Part shown: piece after piece, positions 28,844-42,000 of the stretch
How the letters are laid out: each line of letters starts with the position of its first letter
Position numbering within the stretch: the stretch's first letter is position 1
Assembly (NCBI GenBank): GCA_013239625.1
Contig: MU053588.1
Coordinates: 335,988 to 399,987, forward strand
From: Lama guanicoe
Lineage: Eukaryota
Direction: 5' to 3'
DNA: 64,000 nucleotides
The notes under the pieces: model-generated
The model's database searches: none
What the model saw: the letters and a program-made list of their open reading frames with translations, nothing else
Told to the model about the DNA's origin: nothing
Translations under genes and position numbers: made by a program

Positions 28844-28969
28844 GGGGGAAGAGTATAGCTCAAGCAGTAGAGTGCATGCTTAGCACACACAAGGTCCCTC
28901 CTCTAAAAATAAATAAATAAGTAAACCTAATTACTCACCCCTCCCAAAAAAACCAGCAAAAATATCCCT
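28844..28969 (+). mobile_element. tRNA-derived SINE, camelid Vic-1-like (B-box region deleted)
   Basis: gggggaagagtatagctcaagcagtagagtgcatgcttagc...aataaataaataagtaaacctaattac; TSD caatgctc(t/c)ttct at 28830-28842 and 28970-28982. Confidence 0.85.
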
Positions 28970-29677
28970 CAATGCTCCTTCTGTGTACAAAAAGAAAATA
29001 CAACTTCTCTACTATTTCTGAAATAAAACTTAGACAATAAGACACACTTATATCCATTATGCCAAAAATAGAGATAATGGCCAACTGTTATATTTCAATA
29101 TGTTAAGGACCATACACAACAACATAAAAGGTACAGATAATTACTTATGTTTACAACTACTTAAAATGAACAAATTGAGATTTATAAGATTACAATATTC
29201 AATTAAATATTGTTGACATCTTTTATTTATAGTTGACATTTTGAAATAAAGGCTGTGTGTGTGTGTATATATATGTATGTGTGTCTGTGTATGTGTGGGT
29301 GGAATCAATGAAATGCATTATCTACAAATGGAGACTTCTACAAGCATGTGATACTGGCAAGTCAAACATCACAAACAGTGTTGCCATCAGTGCTGGAATT
29401 TTTCAAAATGGTTTTTAAAAACTCAGTAAACTTCTGAATAAAACAAAATTCAATATTTTCTCAATCAAACAGTAGCGTTCCCAGAATATTTAGCTAATAA
29501 TAAAACTATGCTATAGTAATAAAATAGATATATTCAGCAATTTGAAAAAATCATACAAGAATGCTTTATGTGAAAGGTTCTAGACCCAGATAATTATAAA
29601 CACATTTCTTCCTAGCTCTGGTCCTCATTTTGCAGGTCACAAAACAATTTTTTATTGTGCACTTCAGGACTTTTAGA

Positions 29678-29878
29678 TTAGAAGCTGGCAAACTACTGCC
29701 CACCAACTATTTTTGAAAATAAAGTTTTACTGGAACACATCTACAATCATTCATTTATATACTCTGGCTACTTTCACACTATAGTGGCAGAGTTGAATAG
29801 TTGCAAGAGAGACCATATGGCCTATACAACCTAAAATATTTGCTGTCTAGGCCTCTACAGAAAAGCTGCCTAACCTAT
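29678..29878. mobile_element. MER58A-like hAT DNA transposon
   Basis: ggcaaactac...aataaagttttactggaacaca...ggcagagttgaatagttgcaagagagaccatatggcc. Confidence 0.85.
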
Positions 29879-30772
29879 GATTCTAGATCCATGGCTTGCT
29901 TCAGTCCTTCAAGAGCCAGAAGCCTTTGCCCTCAACCCAGTTTTTTAACATTCAAAAGCACCCAGCTCTACTTCCAAAACATCCCTAGGGATAGTCACTG
30001 CCCCTACAGAGAATCCTTGATATAGGTGCTCAGTAAATATTTAATTAGAAATTCCACTTCTTCCAGCTGCAAGAGATAACTGTGACCATCATAACAAAAA
30101 CAAAAATAATTCAAATAAGATGAAAAATTATAATTAAAAAGATTCATCACAGAGCTGAAGATATAAACAAATTTAAATGAACTAAACTCCAAAAAGTGCC
30201 AAGCTCTTCTTAAAAGACATATATGGATGCTCCCAACCTTGGGAGGGCTTAAACTAAGTTTTAATTATCCTAAAGGTAAACAGTCCAATCATTCCAATAA
30301 AAAGACAATGTCAAGATGAGATAAGAAAACAAATTTCAACTACATGCTCTTTACAATAAATGTACTTTAAAGACACAGCTGGGTTAAAAGTTAAATGGAG
30401 GAATATATACCATAGAAATACTAAGCATAAGAAAGCTTGTGTACCTGTATTAATATAAGACAAAGACAAAATAGACTTGAAGACAAAGAGTAAGCTGGAG
30501 ATAAACAATAAATTCATCAAGAAAACAAGCAATCCTAAATGTGTAGAGATTTAACAAAAAAACATCAAAATATATGAAGCACAACTTGACAGAACTAATG
30601 GGAGAAACAGACAAATCCACAAGCAGATCTGGAAATTTTAACATCCTTCTCTCAGTAATTGATAGAAAAAGTAGATTAAAAAATCAGTAACAATATAGAA
30701 GATTTATACAATACTACCAAGTACCTTGTTATAACTGATAACATACCCAACTGTCAAGAATACCACACCCAA

Positions 30773-31302
30773 CTGTCAAGAGCTGAGCAGTGCTAGAGAG
30801 CTGAGTGGCCAGTTGTTGGAAAAACTGATGAAGACAACAAGACAACAGCCAAAATGGAAGTAACGGTCAGGCCCTTAATCACTTACTAATCAGTTAGTAC
30901 AAGCCAAGAGTCTAACCCAGAGAGTGTTGACTCCCGCACTGATCCATTTTCCCCTATGGTACAGCACCTAGAGAAGATTATAGATGGATAAACACAAGTG
31001 TGGGGAATCATCTCACTGATAAGTGAGTACCAAACAAAAGGCTCCTCCCATTTCATGGACCAGGGCATGGAGAGGAAGATGGGGGGAGGGCTAGGAGTAG
31101 AAAAAGTTTGAGTACTGAGTCACAGTGGAGAAAAAGTATCTTCAAGGTTTGCCTCCCTATCCATGATAAGAAGTCTTGATAGAGGTGACTGATAAAGAGG
31201 TATCATAACGGAGGTGCTTGGGCTAGGAAGGCAGATATGCAGAGGGGCCTGAGTACTTGGACTGCAACTCCCTTAGGATCTTGTACTGCAAGTCCCTCAA
31301 CA
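30773..31302. mobile_element. Probable solo LTR inserted in L1
   Basis: GC-richer block starting TG(tcaagagctg) and ending (ctcaa)CA that interrupts L1 ORF2. Confidence 0.5.
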
Positions 31303-31407
31303 CACTGGCTATGCACTAACTCATGTGTGGGGAAGAAATAAGCATCAAAAATAGTTTACATTTTAATCAGAGTATATTGTCTGCTATTTGTCCACACATT
31401 GTTAAAT

Positions 31408-31516
31408 AAGAAAGAGAAAGAGGGAAAGAGAGAGAGAGTGGAAGGAAGGAAGGAAGGAAGGAAGGAAGGAAGGAAGAAAGGAAGAAAGGAAGAAAGGAAG
31501 AAAGGAAGAAAGGAAG
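31408..31516. repeat. Purine microsatellite (GA)n/(GGAA)n/(GGAAGAAA)n
   Basis: Directly visible ~110 bp polypurine tract. Confidence 0.95.
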
Positions 31517-34500
31517 TCTAATAGAATCTCCAAATATTTGCAGATTAAACAAACTTCTAAATAACCTGAGAAGAAATCACAAAAGACATTAAAAATTATG
31601 TTGACCTGAATGACTAGGAAAATACAACTTACTAAATTTTGTGGGCTGCGCAAACGCAGTTAAGGAAAATTTACAGCTTTAAATATTATCTTAGAAAAAA
31701 AGGAAAGTGTACCATTAATGATTTAGGATCCCACCTTAAGGAGCTGGAAAGAGAAGAACAAATGAAGCCCAAAGTAAGGGGAAAAGAAGTAACAGAAATA
31801 AACGCAAAATCCATAATATAAAATGGATTTTAATAGAGAATATCAACAAAGTAAAAAACTTGTTCTTTCAAAAGATAAATACAATTGGTAAGTTCCTAGA
31901 AAGTCTATGAAGAAAAAAAATTACCAATATGGAGATAGACTACACATCTTATAGACATTAAAAGGATAACACAACCCTATGCCAATAATTTTGATAGTAT
32001 GAATGATATGGACAAAGTCCTTACAGCACAAATTATTAAAAGTTACACAAGAGGAAATAGAAAACATAAATTACCCCACACATATTACAGAAACTGAATT
32101 TTTAATACAACAAAACACATTGCTCACAGAGAAGATACAAATGGCTTCACCAATATATTCTACCCACATTTAAGGCAGATATAATACTATTATTTCATAA
32201 ACTTTTTCAGAAAATAGGAAAAGGAGTAAACACTTTTCTACATTTTGAGGTAAAAAACCATGATGCCAAAACTTGACAAAAATATTACAAGAAAAAATTA
32301 ATGCTCAATATCTCTCATGAATACAGATATTAAAAAATTATAAAGTAATATCAAAAGGAACCCATTTGACTTTGGTACTGTTAGTATGTTTTATATAACT
32401 AAGACAAAATTAAGTCCCTAAGAACCAAAAGCAAAATGAAACTTATCTGTTGATAATACTAGCAGGGTAAATGCAGAAAGGAAGTGGTTATTTCCGGGAA
32501 CTTTAAAATACAGTCATTTGACATTAGATCTCTAGGGCAATATAATCTATAGACCAAATAACTATTAACTGACAGTAATTATACTGTTATTAATACTACT
32601 GGCATGATTATTCTAAAACATATATATATTCTGAATGGATTAAACACATGTATCAATATATATCAATGAGAATAAAGCAAGTATGTAATTATCTTAATGT
32701 TATTAAGAATAAAGATTTTTAGAGTACAAAAAGAAATACAAACCAAGATAAACAAAACCAAGATAAACTCCATATCTTTAAATTCAATTGGAAATAGCAG
32801 TATAAATTCAGGGTTTATTTTTCTCCTAAAAAATACATATTTAACCAGTTTTGTAAAGGCCTACAAGCAGTAACAGCCAGAAGCAATGAGAAATCCTATT
32901 ATCCTAATTGTGGCTTATTAAAAGCATTTCCCACTAAAAGGAACCAGGGCTCCATAGAGAAATGGCTGATTTCATGCTTAAGACAGGAAAAATGTACATG
33001 ATGGCCCCAGAACATCTTGTGACACCAGGAAGTTTGTATTCTACCAAAGACTCCAAAAGAAAGCAAAAGGAATTCAAAAGGAGACAAGACGGAGTAAAAA
33101 GGATCCCACTGCTAACAGATGGACAATTTGAGTGTTAATAAGAATAACTGCTATGCACTGAAACATATCAAATATATTTAAATCCATAAGTTCATAATGA
33201 TAATTTAAAAGGAAAACACAAGATAAACTTTGGAAAATGCTAAAAAAAAAACTGTAAAATCAAGCTTTTACCTGAATTTTTTTGCATAAGCTATACTTCA
33301 GAGTAATCAAGACATTGATGAGAGTATGGCTCTCTTTACAGAAGCATCCCAGCTAATAAATGCAGGAGAAATGACAGAATTACATACTATTTTGTAACTC
33401 CTGATAAAATAATAGATTCCAAATACAGATGATCAATGGCAGATAACATCACATAAAGGAAAACAACCAAATATTATTCACCACTTCAAAGATATATATA
33501 CCATTATGTGTGAAGGATTAGTGTAAAACAAACAAGCAAAAACACGAAAAACCTGAACTTGATCAAGCCTCTAAAAACGCCAGTTTACAAGAAACAGAGG
33601 GCTAAAGGAACATGTTAAATGATGCCACATATATGCAATCAACAAAATCCAGAATATAGGTAGCTCTATAAGAAACTCTGTTTCTGGAACAAATAAACTG
33701 CAAGAAAAGAGAAAAGAGAATGAAATATTTAACAAATATATCTTACTATTACACTAAATGAACATTGTTTGGATCTTGATTCTAACAAACCATAAAAAAT
33801 ATTAATGGACAATGTGGGAAATCTCAACACTAACTGGATATTTTATGACATTAAGAGAGTACTGAGTTCTTTTCTTTTTAGCAGCGATAATAATGTGGTT
33901 CTGTTTTTAAAATTAGAAGTTCTTATCTTTTAGAAACATATACTAAAGTATTTATGGATGAAATTTTGTATCTGGAATTTACTTCAAGATTATACATGTT
34001 TTGAGGGGAGTGGGGAGGGAGTAGTAGAACCATAGATGAAACATGTTTAGCCTTAAATTGTTATTTGTTGAAGCTGAGTGATGGGTAGGGTACATGAGGA
34101 TGCATTACACTACACTTTAAGTTTTGTATGTTTGATTTTTTTCCATAAGTAAAAAAAAAAAAAGTCTTGATAGATCCCAAATATGAACTAGGGTTCATTC
34201 TAAAGGAGGTTTTTTGAGTAATTCTCATTTTCTTCCTTATTTGTAACCTTTTGTATTTTCTAAATCATGCCAGCAAATAACTACTACTTTGATGTCATGA
34301 AACAAGTAAATAACAGCTTCCTGAAATTTAAAACAAGAGCATGCAATGTTTTAAAAAGAAATTCTCAATAAATTCATTAAAAAAGAATATTTAACAGTAT
34401 ACAGATAAACTCAATAGAATATAACCATACAAAATCGATATCTAACCATATGTATATATATATGGATCCATAATCCAGTGAACTCCAAGAAGTCTTGCTT

Positions 34501-34569
34501 GTTTTCCTGTATTCATAAGGTTAGTAAAGATATTCATATTGTTATTTTGAAATTCTTTCTTTCTCTCAA

Positions 34570-35400
34570 TCCAAAAGGAAGCAGAAATTATGGAAAAAGT
34601 AATATAGTACAGATGGAACAAATATAATACAAATGGTAAGATGATGGATTTGATTCAAATCATACCAATAACCACACTAACTATAAACGATATGAATATT
34701 CCAATTAAAAGACAGATGTTAAACTGGATAAAAACACAAGATCCAACTAAATGCTGCCTATAAGAAATGCATTTTATCAGAACACAAATAAGTTAAAAGG
34801 ATAGAAAAAGATACACCATGCTAACACTAATGAAAAAAAGCTAGAGTGACTATATTAAATATCAGGTAAAATAAATGTTCAAAGCAAAAAATATTAGAAG
34901 GAATAGAGAAGACCATTTCATAATAAAGGGGTCAATTCACCATTAGGACATATACCTAATAACAGAGCTTCAAAATACTTGAAACAGAAACTGATAGACA
35001 CTACAAAGAGAAAGAGGTAAATTGAACAAATAGAGACAAAGTCAGTAAGGGTACAGAAGATTTAAACGCTATCAACCCACTCGACCTAGCTGATAGCTAC
35101 AGAACATTTTACTCTACAATGGCAGAATACAGTTTTTTCAAGTACACACCAAACACTGACTAGGACAGACCATATATTCTGGGTCATAAAACAAATCTTA
35201 ATAAATTTAAAAGGATTTAAATCATACAAAGTATATTCTCTGAACACAATGGAATAAAATCAGAAATCAGTAGCAGAAAGACCCCTAGAAGACCCTTAAG
35301 ACATTTGAAAACTAAATAACGTATTTCTAAATAACCCATAAATCAAAGAAGAAATCAAAAGGCAAATAAGGGGGGATTCTGAAGTGAAGAGAGAATAACT
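34570..35400 (+). mobile_element. Old L1 ORF2 endonuclease-region fragment
   Basis: ccaattaaaagacaga, ggtcataaaacaaatcttaataaatttaaaagg, ttctaaataacccat. Confidence 0.8.
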
Positions 35401-35761
35401 AAAATAAGATTGGCAACTTTTGAACTGGGCATATGATGGTTCATTATATATTTGTGTACATCTGAAAATTTACAAACAAAAAAAGTTAAAAAAAATTCTG
35501 CTGTGTCACAAATAACACAACAGAACTCTTCCTTTTTAAATTTATGGATCTCAAATCCACTCTTTGTCAGTGTAACCACTATTGGGAAGTATTTATCACA
35601 ATTAACTGCACATATTCCTTGCTCCTAATGTACAGAAAATTGCCTTGTCCCTCCATCATTTGCGACGGCTTAGATAGGAAATTTCAAAAAGTAAGCAAAG
35701 ATTCCTATGTTCTGAAAAAAACAAAGGCATTTCAGGAAACAAAGAGGAAACATCTACTCAC

Positions 35762-35811
35762 ACTGGAGCTTGTTTTTGATTGTATGACAGCCATTCTTCC
35801 TCTGGGCTCTA
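35762..35811 (-). other. ZNF420: Probable 5' exon of ZNF420 (UTR or alternative start)
   Basis: Pyrimidine tract ctttttctttccctgaaag acceptor, donor CCAGT|gtgagt at 35762/35761; upstream flank resembles the flank of the paralog ATG exon (61281-61315). Confidence 0.5.
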
Positions 35812-37287
35812 CTTTCAGGGAAAGAAAAAGGAATCATGAGATACTGAGCCTTTCTTAGAGTATGCTCTAAATTAGAACCTCCCACCCCATCTCACCAATC
35901 TACCCCTTATTTAACATTTAAGAGGAAAGTCAGGAGACTAGAACAATTCTCTACTTTCTGTATTAGAAAGAAGGGCCAAGATCACAGCTATCTTGGGCTA
36001 GCATTTGTTTCTGGGATCAAGGGTGTTCACCGGACATAGAGCCCTGCAGTGGAGTGCTCCAGGTTCTGAAGTGTTTGGCTCACTCCTCTAGTACACTCCC
36101 TGGAAATATTCCCACTCCTGGAAAACCACTACATTTTCAAGTGGCCTGTCTTGAAGGTGCTATCAGCTCTAAAATTCTCATCTCAAGACTAGGTCTGTCC
36201 CTTAGAAATAACTTAAGATTCTTCATTCAGGGACTCAAATTTCAAACTTACTTCCTTGCTGTCACTTCTCTGCATCCAAAACTCTTAAGGCTCTTAAGGT
36301 GAGAGGGCACCAGCAAGCAGTAGGGGAGCTACAACTACAATCCCAGGGCAAACTAAGGATGGATATGAAAATGAAGCACTACAGGGCATGTGTGAAATGA
36401 GGGATAGGGTGGTCAAAATAGAAAGAAGTCAAATCCTCAGAGGACAAAGCCACATGGGATTCTTGATCCACAGGCAGATTCAGCCCCAGAATGAATCCCA
36501 GAAATAACACTCTGTACTCCACTAAACTCCCATAAGCTCACAGACTATAAAATATACAAATGACCACACAAAGACACACACAGTAATACTTCCACAGTCA
36601 CACAGCCAGAGTCACAGAAATCACCAAGTTGATACAACATTGCCAGACCACCTAGTCTTAAAATCCAATCATACAGAGCATGCACACAATTACTCAAGCA
36701 TATCCAAGCACCCTGTCGGGGACACATACTGCCCAAAACACCCTTTCACAACAGCACTTTTACTCCATTCACACAGCAATGGAAACAGCACACACCCAGT
36801 CATCCAATCAAATAGCCAGAAAAACACACCAAGTACCAGGTCAAGGAAACAAGCAGTCACAAACACTGTGTCACAGAAACACTGTCATAACACTCAAAGT
36901 CACAGGTAAACTCCAGTAACAAACATACACAACCTCAAAGTAATACAAGCACTTCCAAACAACAGCACTATCGCACACCTCACAGTCATAAGCACGCAAT
37001 TACAATGTCACAAAAGCACATTTCCAGTCAGGCAAGCTTGCGTTTACACACACAATCACAGCAGGACTATCACACTCTCAGAGTCACAACTACACTCACA
37101 CAAACGCTTACACACAAAACCACAGTAGCACACGCCCATGTGCCCATACAGCCACCAATATCAGGCTGGCTGGCGCGCGCGCGCGCACACGCACACGCAC
37201 ACACACCAGCGGGAGGCACGGCCACACACGCAATTCCAGTGACGCTTCCTCCCAGCGTTTCCGCCGTAGCATTCCAGACATCCTCAC

Positions 37288-37450
37288 CTCGACAGAGGGT
37301 GCAGTTCAGGGTCCAGGATCTCGTCCCCGGGGTTTCCGCCCGGTTTCGGGTTCGCCCGCCCCGCGGAAGCCAGGCCAAGCTCCTCCACAGACGCAGCCCT
37401 CTCCCCACGCAAGGCCCCCGAATCGCGCGAGCAAACGGAAATGAAGCCGA
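37288..37450 (-). other. ZNF420: Probable non-coding first exon of ZNF420 (TSS approximate)
   Basis: Strong donor GAG|gtgagg at 37288/37287 inside the CpG island, just downstream of a ZNF143-type motif. Confidence 0.55.
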
Positions 37451-37468
37451 GTTCGGAACGCGGTGGCT

Positions 37469-37484
37469 CTGGGAAATGTAGTCC
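37469..37484 (-). promoter_or_regulatory. ZNF143/THAP11-type (SBS) motif GGACTACATTTCCCAG
   Basis: Match to the ACTACAnnTCCCAG consensus, common at KRAB-ZNF and bidirectional promoters. Confidence 0.8.
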
Positions 37485-38778
37485 AGCTCCAGGCAGGCTG
37501 AGGCTGGCCGGCCGCGACGCTAGGAGACCCAGTCCGCTAACTCTCGGCGGGGTTCGCGGACTCAGCGGCTAGAACCAGCTCACCCCAACGGCCGCGCCCC
37601 AGAGGTTTCTGGGAGAGCCCGCCTACGCTCAATGCGCAGGCGTCCGGCGCGCTCCGCTGGGGCGGTTGGGGCTCGAGAGAGCGAGCGCCGAGTGGACCCA
37701 GGGTCTTACCCGTCAGGGAAAAGTGGGACCGGCTGGTGGGGCAGATGCAGGGGACCAGTCTGAGAGTCGAACTGGCATGACACCCTCTGTATACCTTGTC
37801 GAGCCCTTTGGTGCGTGCGAATGTGTTTGTGTGTGACCAAGCGAGGTATCCCTCAGTGGCCGGGTGTGTGGTTGTATTTTCTGCCTGGGTGTGATGCTAC
37901 GTGCTGTTGGGCGTGAGGTGATTGGTACTCGAAGCTGCATGGTAATAGCGTTTTATAACTATGTGCGATTGTCTGACAGAGTAAGGGAGTTCTGCTGTTG
38001 TGATTTGTGTCCATAATTGAGTGTGGTTGTGCGACTGGTGATGTTTTGTGTTTTTTAAATGTACTTTTCTTGTACCTATATTTCAGAGTGTCTGTAGGAG
38101 TTCAGAGAGCTTCTATATGATTGTGAAGAAACGATGGATGGTCAAATTAGTTCTTCCTTTAACACTGATATGATGATCCGGGAAAGTTTACCAGTTTATC
38201 GGGCAAATAATTTAGACAATGTTTTTCTATTGGATTAAATATATGTATTATGGAGAAGAATGCAAAATCAACGTAGACCTTTGTTTTGTTTTGTTTTTTA
38301 AGAAGATCATTTTAAAGGCAGCCCTAGGGTAACTGCTTTTTTCTCTGCCACAGCCCTTCAAAGTAGGCATTCATTCTTTTCTACGTTAAGGGGATATTAT
38401 TGGGTAAAATTGAGAGGCCATCCACATAAACACTAAGTACTCTTTCGTAATCTGCTTTTTCCATGTTTTAAAACTGAAATATTGCATTAAAATACATATA
38501 CTTTTCAAATGTTTGTAATATTTAAAAACAGATCATTAGTGTTTTGAAGTAATGAAATACATTTCGAATATTTATGACTGAGTTGTTAAAATTTGTTAAT
38601 ATGGTGTATATTTTATTGGGACATGTATATTAAAAATTACATGGAATCTGTTTATCATAATTTCTTTTAACCATTCTACACTTGTCAGAATCATGAAACA
38701 TACCTGAATAGTTCCTCATTCATAATGGCCATCTCTTGGATCTTGGCGTTGGTTATGGGTGGTTAAGAATTTGTCATT

Positions 38779-39590
38779 TCACACACCAGTCAGAATGGCC
38801 ATCATTAAAAAGTCTACAAACGATGAATGCCAGAGAGGGTATGGAGAAAAGGGAACTCTCCTATGATGCTGGTGGGAATGAAGTTTGGTGCAGCCATTAT
38901 GGAAAACAGTATGGAGATGCCTCAAAAAACTGAAAATAGATTTACCATATGATCTAGCAATCCCACTCCTGAGCATATATCCAGAGGGAACTCTAATTCG
39001 AAAATATACATGCACCCCAATGTTTGTAATGTTTGTAGCTATTTACAATAACCAAGACATGGAAGCCAAATGTCCATCGACAGATGACTGGATAAAGAAG
39101 TTGTGGTATATTTATATAATGGAATACTACTCAGCCATAAAAAAGAGTAAAGTAATGCCATTTGCAGCAACAGGGATGGACCTAGAGATGGTCATTCTAA
39201 GTGAAGTAAGCCAGAAATAGAAAGAAAAATACCATATGATATCACTCATATGTGGAATCTAAAAAAAGAGGACACTAATGAACTCATCTACAAAAACAGA
39301 CTCACAGACATAGTGAACAATCTTACAGTTAACCAGGGGAAAGGGGTTGGGAAGGGATAAATTTGGGAGTTTGAGATTTGCAAATGTTAATCATTATACA
39401 TAAAAACGGATAAAAAACAAATTTCTTCTGTATAGCACAGGAAACTATATTTGATATCTTTTAATAACCTTTAATGAAAAAGAATTTGAAAATGAATATG
39501 TGTGTGTGTGTGTGTGTGTATGACTGGGACATTATGTTGTACACCAGAAATTGACACATTGAAACTGACTATATACTTTAACAAAAACTT
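38779..39590 (+). mobile_element. 5'-truncated L1 (ORF2 end + 3' UTR)
   Basis: [22 protein letters not shown] peptide; 3' UTR related to the young L1 family. Confidence 0.92.
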
Positions 39591-41634
39591 TCAAAATTTC
39601 TAAAAATTAAAAATACAATAGATAGGATATATAGGATGACTACAGAAGAAGAAATTAATGAGCTGGAATACATCAGATGTTCTTAGAAAGCAACAAAAAT
39701 TTAAAAGAGCAATGAATAAGTAAAAGTAGATAAATACAGAGAATAGAAGTGGATATGCTAATAAACAGAAGTCCTAGAGAAGGGGAAAAAGAGAAGAAAG
39801 AAAATGAATAAAATATTTGAAAAATCAGTTCCTTAGTAGGACGGATGACAGATCTGGGCTTGAAAGGGCTATTGTATTGCCAAATAAAATAGATAAGGGA
39901 AAATCCATACCTAGATACATTGTGAAATTTAACACAGATTATTCTACAGTATTTCTGGAGGGGAGGGAGTCATAAGTAAGAATCAGGCATTGGATCTTTT
40001 AACTGCAACCCTAGAAGACAGTGGGTATTTTCTGAGTATTGAATGAAAAAAGTTTGAACAGACTATTATATTCAGCCAAAGAGTCTTTAAATTTGAAGGC
40101 ATAATAAGTAATGATCAACATATAAAGCAAAAGTCAGAACAGTCAGCAGAAGATTAAAACACATTCAACCTCATTAAAAATCTAGAAATGCAAATTAAAA
40201 CAACAGTGAAACACTCCAAGTTTTTGGAATAACAAAGAGAATTGACAGTGATCACACTTTGCTGTTAGTGCTTTTTGGTGCAATTATGCAGAAAAAAATT
40301 TGTCAACATAGAGTACAACTGGAAATATTCACAACTATGGAACCCTGTTTACTTACTCTGTTTATTTATTACTCCATTTATTTACTCTATTTCTCAGCTG
40401 TGAAAGAATAATTTTCCACATTTAAGCTGCAAGACATCAATAATGATACTGATTGCAATTATTTTTAGTAGAGAAACATTGGAAATAAATATTCCTCAAG
40501 TAGATACTAAATACAAGCTCACTTAACAACCACTCCCAACTTCCTTCTCATTTTTAATTCCTGTATCAGAGGTTGAAGGAAAACATGCAAAACATAGGAT
40601 TCTAAAGAAAAATTTTGAATGAGAGCCTAACTCTTAAGGACTATGGCAAAGAGATACCAGATCTAAAAAGCTGTAAAATTGAGAACCTTGTAGGATTAAA
40701 AAGCTGGTTACAAAAACCCCATATACAATATTCAGTACATTGAGAGCATCAGATTGTGGAGATTAGGAAGGAATATGGGGAAAGCTCTTTGTGTGCTCGG
40801 AATTGTATCTCTTCCAGGGTAGAAAAGGATGCTCATCCATCTCGTGCTTACTGGGAGGGGTACACTAAGATCACAACTTGGGGGCAAAGTGGAGTGCTGA
40901 CTGACTTCCTGGAGAAATCTAAATCCTAAGAGAAGGGCTGACTAGTGCTGCTTTTTCATCACCCAACCATCTCCAAATATCCATAAAAAGAATGCATGAG
41001 TTTTTCCCAAGGACCAAATGTGGTCTGAGGTCTAGTTGAGGAAGGCCACTGGGAGAAGTGAACAAACTTCAGCATAGAGAATCTACAAGTATTGCTAAAT
41101 CCCTAAGGGTGGAGGAAGGTGTAAATTACCTGCTGAAATGGAAACACGTTTGTCTGAGTCAAAGTAACTGCAGGTTCACAACTGCTGGGTGTTCTCCAAA
41201 GAACCCATAAGAGCATTCCATTAGGTGGCCAAGTGCAGAGAATAACGATGTTGAATCACAACAGTGTCAATCAAGTAAAAAATTACCTCTACCCTTTCCT
41301 TTTTCTTATTTGAGCTCCAATGTTGTAGAGGTCAGAAACTAGACAGCAAGCTGAATGATGAGTAAAAGTGCTACCATGATAAACAGAGAAATTATTTCTA
41401 TCACTCTTCTTCCCTGAGGGTATGTCTCACCTGCAACAGATGACATATCATTAAAGAGAAGCCTCAGAGTTTAAAGAATCTTTATACTGGATTACCTAAG
41501 AGTGACCAAAAGTGGCTTCCTAGATTTTCATTTCATGGAAGAACCAACCTCCATAACTCAGTGAATAAATCAAAGTGAAACCAGAGCATAAAAATTGTTG
41601 CCAAAGATTCAACCTAATGATCACCCACATACAG

Positions 41635-42000
41635 TAAAGAGGCAGTACATAAAAGTGGTTAAGTGTATAGACTTGAACCAAGATGAGCAGTAAAAACTAT
41701 TATCTCAGATCCAGCAGGACACCTCACATGGACAGTGTCACCAGCAGTATTGTGCTTCATTAAGAAAATAGACTCCTGCCCTACATCATTTTACATCCTA
41801 CAGTCCTTTTAATAAGTACTTTGGTTTGAACCATGGCTATGCCTATGTAGCTGTGGAAATATAGCCATGTTATTTTACCTCCTTGTGCCTCACTTTCCTC
41901 ATCTAAAATGGGAAAAATAAAATTTTCTGAGTTTATATATAAAGGGTTAAGTAGAAATGTCCTAAGGAACATTCTTTGGCACATAGTATGACATTCCGTA
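41635..42000 (+). mobile_element. MIR SINE (interrupted)
   Basis: tgtgcctcactttcctcatctaaaatgggaaaaataa MIR core. Confidence 0.7.

Larger units (their letters stand above)
30270..34165 (+). mobile_element. Old L1 (ORF2 remnants + long L1MC/MD-like 3' UTR), interrupted by an LTR and a microsatellite
   Basis: Endonuclease/RT-region motifs at 30280-32360; 3' UTR ending in an A-run at ~34151-34163. Confidence 0.8.
37130..37950. promoter_or_regulatory. CpG island promoter of ZNF420
   Basis: Only CpG-dense GC-rich stretch in the window; lies 5' of the ZNF420 exons; contains ETS-like CGGAAG/CGGAAAT and NRF1-like TGCGCAGGCG motifs. Confidence 0.9.

Noticed and set aside
30746..30781. Short direct repeat acccaactgtcaaga
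   Set aside because: Small local duplication at an LTR/L1 junction; no evidence of function
36545..37940. Several 60-158 aa ORFs around the promoter
   Set aside because: Low-complexity CA-rich or GC-rich sequence depleted of stops; no domain signal
40560..41600. Possible old LTR or unique regulatory sequence
   Set aside because: No termini, TSD or family motif that I can identify with confidence
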